A stretch of DNA of 64,000 nt from Azolla caroliniana (Eukaryota > Plantae > Polypodiophyta), in assembly GCA_043228905.1 (NCBI GenBank), contig JBHGNT010000009.1:12958001-13022000 (forward strand), given 5' to 3'. The first letter of the stretch is position 1. Every line of letters begins with the position of its first letter. Positions 24,847 through 36,358 of this stretch are shown here, piece by piece. The position numbers were made by a program, and so were the translations under genes. The notes below the pieces were generated by a model. That model searched no databases. It saw only the letters and a program-made list of their open reading frames with translations, and had not been told where the DNA came from.

Positions 24847-26612
24847 TGAAAGGATCGAAACCGGCCACAACCAGTTGTACTTCATATGTTCAAGTGCAAA
24901 CCGAGGTAGATAGTACACAAACAGAACAACATGAAGGTAGAAAAAAAAGTACAAAGACACTCAGATATTTAAGATGGAAAACCCGAAAGGGAAAAACCAC
25001 GGGGGTCCAGAAACCCCAAGAAACATATCACTATGTAAAGAGAGGAATACAATGAGACTCGTAGGCACCGACCTCAAGCTCGTTGCCGTTTGATAGACGA
25101 TGGCTGAGTTACAACTCACATTCACTCTTGCTCTTACTCTCTTAGTTACAGAGACAACTACCTTGTGTGTAACTTATTACAACTATAACAATTCTCACAC
25201 CTAATAAGTTTGCCCTAGTTGTATTTATATACATATACAACTTTCTGGCTATTTACATACATAGTCCACAAAGGGCACATTTGGACTATTTACAAATATA
25301 CTCTTCCAAATTGGCTATTAAATCGATTTCGATTTTGGCCTTGGTCTATCAACCTCGGCCAAATTACCCTTGTGTCCTCAATTCGGTTTGTTCTATTCTT
25401 CCCATCCGGAGGGATATGTTTCCCAACAAACTCCCCCTTCACTCCGGCATGGGGTACTTTACCAATCCAACTCTCTGTCGGCACTCGTTCAGCTTCTCTG
25501 TTGATAGCACTTTTGTTAGCATGTCTGATCCATTTTCGACCGTGTGGATCTTCATCAAAGCAAAAATCCTTTTCTTTTACTCGCTCTTGGAGCCAATGAT
25601 ATCTCCTCTGGATGTGCTTGGTCCTTGAGTGGTAGGCGGCATTTTTCGGAAGGTGGATGGCACTCTGGTTATCGCAATGGAGTCAAAATTCCTCTTGTTG
25701 TTTTTCCCAACTCTCTGATAAATTCCTTCATCCAAATTACTTCCTTACCGGCTTCCACTACGGCCATGTACTCGACTTCCGTGGTCGACAATGCCACGGC
25801 CTTTTGCAGCCTCGATTGCCACGAACCAACTCCCCCTATATACGTCATTATGTATCCGGACGTGGATCGACTAGTATCCACATCAGCCGACATGTCTGAA
25901 TCCGTATAACCTTCCAATGTGGGGTTACACGAGCCGAATCGGAGGCACACATTAAAGGTGCCTCTCAAGTACCGAAGTATCCACTTCACAACAGCCCAAT
26001 GCTCTCTTCAAGGATTGCTCATATATCGGCCAACCACTTCGATTGCATACGCTATGTTCGGCCTGGTGCAAACCATTGCATACATCAGGCTTCTGACTAT
26101 CGAGGGATAAGGGACTTTTGACATCTCGGCCTTCTTTGTTTTTTATTTCGAACTCTAGCTTCCAGACAACTTATAGTTTGTCGGCAGTGTCAAGCCAACC
26201 GGTTTCACGCTTTCCATGCCAAATCTCTGGAGCACTTTTGTCATGTACTTCTCTTGTGACATCCATAACAGTTTCTTTGTTCGATCCCGAATAATGTGCA
26301 TCCCTAGGATTTGTTTTGTTGGATCCATATCCTTCATTGCGAACGGTCTGCTCAAGGCCTTCTTCAAGTTTCTGATTTTCTTCGTGTCTCGTTTGACAAT
26401 CAACATATCGTCCACGTACACTAGGAATATGAGGAAATCTCTTTCGTTAAACTTCTTCACAAACATGCAGTGATCGGCTTGTGTTTTGTGGTACCCATTG
26501 TCGGTCATGAAGGATTCAAATTTTTGGTACCATTGCCGAGGTGCTTGCTTCAGCCCATATAAGCTCTTTCTCAATCGGCATACTATGTTCTCTTTGCCCT
26601 TTTCTATGAATC
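24847..26612 (-). mobile_element. Tork-like copia 3' fragment: 3' LTR (~24847-25428), PPT and RT/RNase H
   Basis: LTR ends ...cccaaca next to aactccccct (PPT). Motifs [21 protein letters not shown] and GYTDSDMSADVD. Related to the 32519 element. Confidence 0.85.
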
Positions 26613-27234
26613 CAATATAAACTTAACATAATTTAATGGACAACCAAATTCTTGCTCCACATCATTACATCTCTAAATGCTATGTGTACATTTTAAAGGT
26701 ACTATTTCACATTTGCCTCATTTCCTTTGATCAAAGAAGATTGGTTAGACGGCAAAAAACATCAATTTATGGATGGAGAAAAACATTATGTGAATGTGTA
26801 TAGTAGTATGCATGTGGGGAAAAACAACAGAAGATTTCTTACCTTGCAAAATGAACAAAAATATTTATTCTATTATTTCACATTTTGTAAAGGAACAAAT
26901 CGTACTAACATGTGCCACTATGAGTGATGTTGATCTTGAATTCTAAAGACACTAGTTCTATCACGGGTGGTGGTGGTGGTGTGTATGGATGGGAACATAC
27001 ATGCGCATGTGTCATAATAATAATAACAACGCAATGGGAGTTTTTGGTAGGAAAGTGTGTATTTTTATAAATATGTCTACAGGGGAACCCTTTTTTCTAA
27101 GCCTCTTTTAAACCCATACTCGTATTAAATTAAAGATAGTGGTGAGAAAGAATTCAGATAGATTGATAGGATGAAATATACCGGCCTACGGTGATGATTG
27201 AAAGAAATAAACATTGCAGAAGAAGATCTTATCT

Positions 27235-28226
27235 CGATACATACATACATACATATATATATATATATATTATACATATTACGCATACCCATCATAATCA
27301 GTGGGAAGAGATTACTAACTACTTCGGAGGTAACAGTAACAGTAACAGTAATATAATTAAAAAGACTTTATTTAAATTTGTTGTTGTGTGGATGAGGACA
27401 GGACAGGACAGGAGTCCAATTGATTACCATAAAAGATGAAAAGAAAAACAATACGATAAACACACGATACACACACACACACACACACACACTCCCTCTC
27501 TCTCTCTCTCTCTCTTAGCTCGCTCTGTGTCTGTGCGTCAGGTCTCGTGATTATCATTATAAGTGAAACAGCAGAGATGAATGAAACTGTGGTAATGGAT
27601 ATATATATAAATGTATATTGTATGTACGCACACAAGTTTGCACAAAGTTCGTTATTATGTTATGCTCTGTTCTGTTCTATATTGTGTATATGTGTGTATG
27701 TGACAGAGATTACTGGGTTAGGACTCAGGAGTATCTTTACTCTGCAATCACCGTTACGTGTCAGAAGAGTACTATAACTATTCTTATTCACACACACACA
27801 CAATCAGGCAAGAAGGTGATGCTACTATGTATATATACATACATATATGTATGTGTGTGGGTGTGTGTTTAATTAAGAAGAGAAGGATAGGAGCATGTAC
27901 ATACATATACCATACACACATTTCATAATAGATATGAGTTTTGAACGGCAGACCATATTTATTCATTATTCTGAGTGTAATGGAATGAATAGGAAGTGAG
28001 GCTAATGAATAATGAAATGGCATGCGATGAGAGAGAAAGAGAAAGAGCTATGTATTTATCACATAATCTTCTTCCCCATATCTTCCCTCCATTTCAGTCA
28101 GTGAGAGTCAGTCATTCAAAATATGAATATGTACATATAAAATTGAGTCAGTGACCGAACGTGCCACGAGCAGCAGCAGCAGCACCTTCATCATTCTTTG
28201 TGCCGTACGCGTGTGATATGTCACAT

Positions 28227-28261
<35 letters not shown>

Positions 28262-28730
28262 TTCATGCATGCCGACCCCACAACCACACACTACACTAAT
28301 GACTACACACACACACATGTACATATGTATGGGTATGTGTATATATGTATGTATGTGTGTGTCATATCATATACATACATACATACATACATACATACCT
28401 ATGTATACTAACTACATCTACATCCATCATCCTACCCTATATCCCATCCCCATAGCAAACAACATCAACCAACCTCTGATTCTCTCCTTTTCTTTTTTTT
28501 AATGTTATTATTTTGTTGTTGGTTTATTCCCTTCAGACCCTTCCTTCACCTCTGTCTCTGTTCTTCTTTCTTCCTTCCATTACTTTACTATTCGACCAGC
28601 AACCCAGATCATGCCACGTGGCGTCGTGCCTACCGATTGATAGTTATAGCCGGCGTCGCTACCATCCATAATCTATCTATCCATCATATACATACATACA
28701 TACATACATACATACATACATACATACTCA
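27235..28730. repeat. Microsatellite-rich intergenic/promoter region: (TACA)n, (CA)n, (CT)n, (TA)n
   Basis: Simple repeats seen at ~27240, 27468-27513, 28231-28257, 28370-28397 and 28688-28726. Confidence 0.9.
28613..28622. promoter_or_regulatory. Perfect palindromic G-box GCCACGTGGC about 330 bp upstream of the CLE ORF
   Basis: Exact match to the bZIP/bHLH G-box consensus; function not shown. Confidence 0.4.
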
Positions 28731-28950
28731 ATCGTCATCGTCATCGTCGTCGTCGCCGGAAGAACCGAACCAACAACCCTAAAACCCAGCCCTCGCCTTG
28801 GTTTTTTAAACTACATACCTCCTCTCCTCCCTCGTCCGTTAGTTAGTTGTTAGTTTATTATTACCTTCCTTCCTTATTTAGTAGTAAGTAAGTAGTGCGT
28901 CGTGCTTTCACATTCATTCCACTTCAGCTATCAGATCCTCCCCGCCATCC

Positions 28951-29340
28951 ATGTCTCCTCCTCCTCCTCCTCCTCCGTCATCCAAATACCACCTGTCCAT
29001 ACCTGTCATCGACGGCCCAACATCATCAACATCAACATCAACATCATCATCGTCAACAACAACATCATCATCATCATCATCAACAACAACAACAACAACA
29101 ACATGTCTGATCCTGCTCATTCCCCTGTCCATGATGATGATGATGGTGGTGGTCGTTTTTGCTACCTCACCACCACCACCACCACCACCGCTGCGGCTGA
29201 CGTCCTCATCTTCCTCACTGCCAACCCATGTCGGGAGAAAGCTTCTGATGAGCCCCACACTGTGTACGCCAGGCCAAAGGATTCTGACATTTAAGCTTAA
29301 TATTTCAATGAAAAGCTTGTGCTACGTTCTAAATGCCATG
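28951..29340 (+). CDS. CLE: CLE peptide precursor, exon 1 (Pro/Ser/Thr-rich N-terminus, hydrophobic segment, GRKLL motif)
   Basis: Hydrophobic stretch CLILLIPLSMMMMMVVVVFA and dibasic RKLL. Phase-0 donor ATG|GTAAGC at 29340/29341 splices in frame to exon 2. The start codon is uncertain. Confidence 0.6.
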
Positions 29341-29435
29341 GTAAGCTAACCAACCTTATCTCATCCAATCTACTGTACTACACAATAGATGAAATCTTCA
29401 TATCTCAAATGCTAGACTGTACTATTTATTTTTAG

Positions 29436-29708
29436 CAGGCTTCCATGGAGAACTCAGTCTCCCGTCAGCATCCTAGATCCATCCATCCTCAAACAAAGAG
29501 GAAGTCGGTTAGAGAGTTATGGGTTTCTGTAACAGGGCACATGTATCCATCCCTAGAAAAGCCATCATCCCCAACATCACCTCCACTTTCGTCATCTTCA
29601 CCCATGCACGCGACCAGTAGTTCGACGATTTATACTGCTGATGAGAAGAGATTAGTACCAGGAGGCCCCGATCCTCTCCATCATACAAATCATCCTTATT
29701 CTCCATAG
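29436..29708 (+). CDS. CLE: CLE peptide precursor, exon 2, containing the dodecapeptide RLVPGGPDPLHH
   Basis: Acceptor ...tatttttag|CAG|GCT in frame. Sequence EK-RLVPGGPDPLHH fits the CLV3/ESR consensus, followed by a 7-aa tail and a TAG stop. Confidence 0.88.
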   Translation, partial: QASMENSVSRQHPRSIHPQTKRKSVRELWVSVTGHMYPSLEKPSSPTSPPLSSSSPMHATSSSTIYTADEKRLVPGGPDPLHHTNHPYSP

Positions 29709-31297
29709 TCAGGCCTAGCTTGTGGTAAACCTAGCTACTATCATGACTGACGAGATGCTTAGGGGAGGAAGATTAACGTCAACCTTGAGTTATTAAGAGA
29801 GGGACTCGTAAAGAATATTTAACACAAGTCATGAGCACAGAATACTCCGGCCAGGTTCCTCTCGACAACAAGGTCCGATGGTTGGAGAATCACATTCATT
29901 ATTCACGTCTTCCTTGGTTTTTCTCGCTCTCGTGGAGGGTGAAGATGGATCAGGGTTAAGGTTGTATGTTTGAAATTGGTCTTTTGAAGCTGTTGGCGTC
30001 ACACTGAAATATAGAACATGTATAGACTCAAGGAGCTCCTTTGTCATGGATGCGTTGGAATGGAAGCTTGTAATACAATATGTGTTTCCCATTAATGTTG
30101 GTCGGCCTTTCTCTCCTCCTCGATGGGTTTGTAGTAGATTTGTGTCTGATGTTCGTTATGTTATTCGTTTAGGCAATTGCTGTGCTGATGTCATCGTAAA
30201 CTGAAGGAAATGCTGATTGAATGTCATTGTTTAGGTAAGGGGTTTAGAAATATACATCACTGAGTTTTAAATGGATTAAATATCACTAGCAATTTGGAAT
30301 AGGAAAATGTAGTTATTTATTGATATGGTAGCATCGTCTAATTCTTATTTTGTAGTGTGTATATGCGTTGGTGCGTGGCAATATATATACACACACACAC
30401 ACACATATATTATAAACGCCCAAACTGTCCGTCTCATTTGGAGAGTGTTGGCGTTGAGCAAGTTGAATATGAGAAAGTAAGATAATTGTAGGTTATATAA
30501 CGGCTGCTTATTCTATAAGCATTAGGATAAATTGTTGGTGTACTTGATGTTTATGGTGTTCTGGTTAGCCCATTGAATAAACAAATTGAAGATTGTTGAT
30601 ATTTTCGTGTTGAAACTGACATGAATTGTGCTGGGGGTTCTGAGCGTATGGATAAATAAATTATTCAACAGTGGTGGCAAGCGTAGCGTGAATGCGTGGG
30701 GCACTCTTCCATCTATGCTGAATCCACTGGAAGGATAACTATTGAACACTGTTTTCAAGTTTATGCTTCCAATATTGGAAAACCACTCATGCATTGATTG
30801 TTACATGAATGATTGCTGTCTATGCTGAAGCCATTGTATTGAATGAAGCTAAAGAATTCTCAATCTTCCTAGCAAAACAAACGGAGATCTTGTTTCACAA
30901 GGTCAATCAATTAGTGCATGACTACAGAGGTGAGATCACGTTTTACATCACCTCTGTCTATTGATCTTTATCATGCTTCTGTAGTGGTCTTTTTCATTAC
31001 CTTGTGTAGTTAGTGCTCCTATTAGCAAATGGTATTAAAGCCTTAAGGTTTGGCATTCGTGGCCTTCGAAATGAGAAGACTTGAAAGGTTTGGATTTAGT
31101 GGCCTTAGAAATGAGAAAACTTGTAGGGTATTAATATTGAGCGCAGAGATACGAAACATTTTTGGCCGAGGGAGGTGCAAAGCAATATAATCTGGAAGTT
31201 TTAGTTACATCTGCAATTTATTTACACTGCGTCAAGAACAAAGTTTTAGTAGGCAATAAAAAACTTTGAGAGGAACCCTAGGTAGTTCCTAAAAGTA

Positions 31298-31909
31298 TGT
31301 TGGGTCTTCTATCCACTCAAGTGGAGCCCACGACATGGAGCCGGCTTACAGAGCCAGCTGTCGAGGGCCTAAAGCCGGGAGCCGGTGGTCGACAGCTGAT
31401 TGGGAGTTGGCTGTCGGTTAAGAGAATACAGCTGACTGCAAGTTGGCTGATTAGAAGTCAATTATGAGTTGGTTGAGTGACGAATCAGATGGATGCCGAT
31501 TCGGTGAATGTCGGAAAGTTATAATTATAATTATATACACAGATACACAGACACACATATATATATGTATATATGTTTTTTTGGTATGCTTTGTATGTGT
31601 GTCTTTTGAATGTGTGCCTGTGTGAACGCAGATACAAATATGAACGTTGCACAATAAGCCTCATAAATGAGGCGACACACATACAGAACAGAGCGTGATA
31701 CAGAGAAAAACACTGTATGAATGAACAAAAATAAGGCTGAAAATTAGAGATCTGAGAAGGAGAGGTGTGTTTAGAGAACGCTGCAAAGCTTCTTCAAGAA
31801 AACAAAGAAACAAGTAAGAGAGGTCAAGGAAGGGGTGATCGAGAGCGCGACCTCGTTGCAAATGTGAAGACGGAGATCATGCGAGCTGTCCCCAATACCA
31901 AAGAGTCGA
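31298..31909 (+). mobile_element. Probable 5' part of a copia LTR whose 3' part resumes at 56756
   Basis: TGTTG start and GA-rich R-like region. Its last ~40 bp recur at 56756-56796, just upstream of a copia PBS and gag. Confidence 0.5.
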
Positions 31910-34900
31910 TAAATATATCCTAAGGTCGAGAGTTTGAAACTCTCTCACCCCATAAACAAGGAAACCTTACAACTTATCATAAAATTTGAGTGGTTAGTTC
32001 AACAATTCCACTTTTGAGTTTGATTTCGAAAATAATTGTTTAAAACTTACACTTGGATTTCTAAAATAACAATTCCACTTTTGCGTTTGATTTCGAAAAT
32101 AATTGCTTAAAAGTGACACGTGGGTTTCGAAAATAATTACGCGCTCATGCCATCAACCATTCGAACTGAGTAAAAAGAATTTGCACTTTGACCTCGTAAA
32201 TATATTGTAAGATTGTCCCTATAATCGATGAAACCTTACAAGCTTAAATCCTAAACTTGAACTAGTGTGCTTAGAATAGGCACTTTGACTTTGATATAAA
32301 AAATAATAGGTTAAAAGAGAGATTCTAGTTACAAAAATTCGACTTCAAGAAGATTACGCAATTGCTCTACAAAAAAACTTAGGCAATACGTTGATTGATG
32401 TCAAGATGTTGCACGTAGGTTTCATAACATGGATAAATCTTGAGGTTCGGGAAGATTATGCATTTAACTAGGAAGCTTTGCGAAGATTACCCTATCATGC
32501 CATAAAATATTGCAAATATGACGCGAAATATGCGGAATATTACCCGGCCACAACCGAGTCTCAAATCGTTTCGTTTAGAATCGAAAACACCAAGAATGGG
32601 AATGGAGGGTAAATGCACGTATATGCACACACACACAGTGAACAAGAGAGTAGACAAGATGTTAACGTGGAAAACCCTGAGAGGGAAAAACCACAGGAGC
32701 CCACATACTCCAAACTATCACTATGTCGAAGAATATAACAGGGGGCACAGAGGCAACGACCTCGTGCTCACACTCTTTGCATGGCAGCGGTTACAACAGA
32801 GAGTGCTCATAGCTTCTCTCACGCTCTCTCTCTCTCTCTCTCTGTACAACAATTACAGTAATAACACAAAGAATGACCAACAACTAAACCTGTTTGCCGT
32901 AAGTCATATTTATACTAATATGACTTTCGGGCTATTTACAAATATAGCCACAATGGGCTAACAGAAACATATTTACATATATGTCCCTTCATCCGGTGAG
33001 AGGTTCTCACTGGGTCTTCCGTTGCCGGGTACTCATATCCCATCCGGAGGGACCAAAATCCTAACAAACTCCCCCTTCACTCTGACATGGGATGCCTCGT
33101 CAATCCTAGCCTCTTCCTGCATGCATCTAGCTTGTCGGGTGTAAGCACTTTGGTCAGCATATCCGACCCATTCTCCTCTGTGTGGATCTTCGTTAGCATG
33201 AACTCTCGATCTTCTACTCGCTCCCGGATCCAGTGGTACCTACGCTGGATGTGGTTCGTCCGAGAATGGTAGGCCGCATTCTTTGCAAGGTGGATGGCAC
33301 TCTGACTGTCGCAGTAGAGCTGGTATTCCTCTTGTCGGATCCCTAGCTCTCCGATGAAGTCCTTCATCCATAATATTTCCTTGCCGGCTTCCACAGCTGC
33401 TATGTACTCCGCTTCCGTGGTTGACAACGCAACCGTCTTCTGCAGCCTCGACTGCCACGAAACGACCCCCCCAACATATGTCATGACATATCCGGATGTT
33501 GACTGGCTGGTATCTACATCAGCTGACATATCCGAATCTGTGAAACCGTCAAGTTGGGGTTTACCAGAGCCGAATCGGAGGCACATACTTGAGGTGCCTT
33601 TCAAGTACCGAAGTATCCACTTCACTGCGTTCTAGTGCTCTCTGCTAGGATTGCTCATGAACCAGCTCACCAGTCCTACTGCGTATCCGATATCCGGTCG
33701 GGTAGACACCATTGCGTACATTAAGCTCCCGACGACAGAGGCATATGGTATCTTCATCATATCCGCCTTCTCTGCCTTCGTCTTTGGGCTTTGCTTACCG
33801 GATAATGTGTAGTTTGCCGGGAGTGTCGATCCGACCGGTTTTGCTTCTGACATGTTGAACTGTTGAAGCACCTTTGTCACGTATTTCTATTGTGACAGCC
33901 ACAATTGCTTCTTTGACCGGTCTCGGATGATATGCATCCCTAGTATTTGTCTTGCCGGACCCAAGTTTTTCATTGAGAAGGTCCGGTAAAGGGCCTTCTT
34001 CAGCATCCGAATCTTCGCTTGGTCCTGTTCGACGATCGACATGTCGTCCACATATAGGAGCAATATTAGGAAGTCTCCTCCGTCGAATTTCTTCACAAAT
34101 ATGCAGTGATCGGCCTGCGTCTTGTGGTACCCTTGATCGGTCATGAAGGAGTCGAACTATTGGTACCATTGCCGGGGAGCCTGCTTCAAACCGTAGAGGC
34201 TCTTCTTCAACCGACAAATCAAGTGCTCCTTCCCTTTCTTCACAAATCCCTCCGGTTACTGCATGTATATCTCCTCTTCGAGGTCGCCGTGGAGGAACGC
34301 CGTCTTCACGTCTAACTGCTCTACCTCGAGGTCCATGCTTGCCGTTATGCTCAACACCGTCCGGATGGAAGTCATCTTTACTACCGGGGCAAATATCTCA
34401 TCTAAGTCCACGCCCTTCTTCTGCAGGAACCCCTTCACCACGATCCTGGCTTTGTATCTCGGGGGGTTACCAGCATCTCCCAGTTTCAGCTTGTACACCC
34501 ACTTGTTTCGAAGTGCCCGCTTTCCTTTTGGCAACTCCACCAATTCATACGTGTGGTTCTCATGTAGGGAATCCATCTCGTCCTGCATGACACTTAACCA
34601 CTTGCGGTTATGGGTGTCCTCCCTCGCTTCTTCGAAGCTTTCCGGCTCCCCCTCATCGGTTAGCAACAGATGCTCTGGATCCGGAAATCTCCGGGGGGCC
34701 CTTCTCTCTTTGAGACGATATCTCTGACTTCGGTTTTCGGTAACAGGCTCCTGCGCCTGTTCTTCATCCGAATCTGATTCGGGATCTTGGCTGGTTCCGG
34801 TTTCAACTTCCTCTTCTTCTTCTTCTGCCGGTTCAATATTCTCACCATAACCGACCGGTTCTTCGAGTGTCAACCGGCTCTTAGCCAGGTAGGTCCGAAT

Positions 34901-36358
34901 CTCATCGAACCGATCCTTACCGGTTGACTCGGAGTTCATTATCTTCTTTTCTGACTCCCAGTCGGCAAGGGTCTTGTCCTCCATGAAGATAATATCTCGA
35001 CTCCGAAACACCTTCTTGTCGACGGGGTCCCACACTCGGTAACCGAACTCATCGTCGCCGTATCTGAGGAATATGCAAGGCCGAGACTTTGGATCCAACT
35101 TTGCTCTTCGGTCCTTTGCTACATGCACGAAAGCGAGACACCCGAACACCTTCAGATGCCGGTAAGACACTTCCTTACCGGTCTAAACTCTCTACAGTGT
35201 GTCTCTGTCCAAGGGTACTAAGGGTGATCTGTTTATCACGTACGTCGCTGTCGTTAGCACCTCAGCCCAAAACGTCTTGGGTAACTTTGCATGTGCTAGC
35301 ATACTCCGGACCCTCTCCATTATGGTCCGGTTTATCCTCTTTGCCAGCCCATTGAGTTCCGGTGTCTTCGGCATGGTAAATTCGAGCCAGATTCCCTTCG
35401 AGCGGCAATACTCCTCGAACTGCCCCCGATATTCTCCTCTGTTATCTACTCGAACCGCCTTCAGCTTCCGGCCGGTTTCTCTTTCCACTCTCGCATGGAG
35501 CTCCTCGAAGACAGATAACACTTGATCCTTCGTCTTCAACGTCGAGACCCATAGCTTCTGGCCGTGGTCATCTATGAATGTCACAGAGTACTGCGATCCG
35601 GCATGTGACTTCGTGTCCACTTGACACACATCGGTATGCACCAGCTCAAGTGGTGCATTCCGTCTCATCGGTGGTCTTGATCGGAAGGAGGTCCGGTTTT
35701 GCTTACCGGCCAGGCAATCGGTGCACTTCTCAAGATGCATGTCTTTCATTGGAATGAGGTTGTCTTTGGCAAGCCTCCTCATCCCCTTCTCACTCATGTG
35801 ACACAGTCTCTTGTGCCACAACTCACCGACAGTGTCGGATGCTACGTTCACTTCTTCCAGGCATAACCGGGCGTTCATCAGGTACAATGTGTTGACCTTC
35901 TAGGTCCAAGCCACTATCAGGCTCCCTTTGCTGAACTTCATGACACCATTTCGGATGCTACCCATGTATGTAGCCTTCATCATCTAGCCGACCGACTGAT
36001 ATCAGGTTCAGTCGAACCTCCGGAACGTGTCGGACATCCTTCAGCAGCAACTTGCATCCGGTTGATGTCGTCAACAACACATCTCCTATGCCGATAATTC
36101 GGCACGTCCCTTCATTCCCCATCCGGACACAACCGTGCTCACCGGTTGTGTAGGATGAGAAGCATTTCTGGTCCGGGGTAAGGTGGAACGACGCTCCGGA
36201 ATCGACAACCCATGTTGTCTCATCGTCGGCAAGGTTCAACTCATTCTCTTTGGTAATGAGCATTAGTTCTTCTTCACTTGCCGCGATCGCCGTCGTTCCC
36301 TTCGGTCCGGCCCTCTTTGGTCTTTGCCGTTCCAATCCGGTGACCGCTTCGAATCGGT

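Noticed and set aside
28895-29294. Poly-His/Gln, poly-Asn and poly-Asp ORFs
   Set aside because: These are alternative frames of the same triplet repeats; only the 28951 frame splices to the CLE exon.
31045-31125. ~40-bp tandem duplication and a small hairpin near 30923-30957
   Set aside because: Isolated, with no TIR/TSD or miRNA-length stem.
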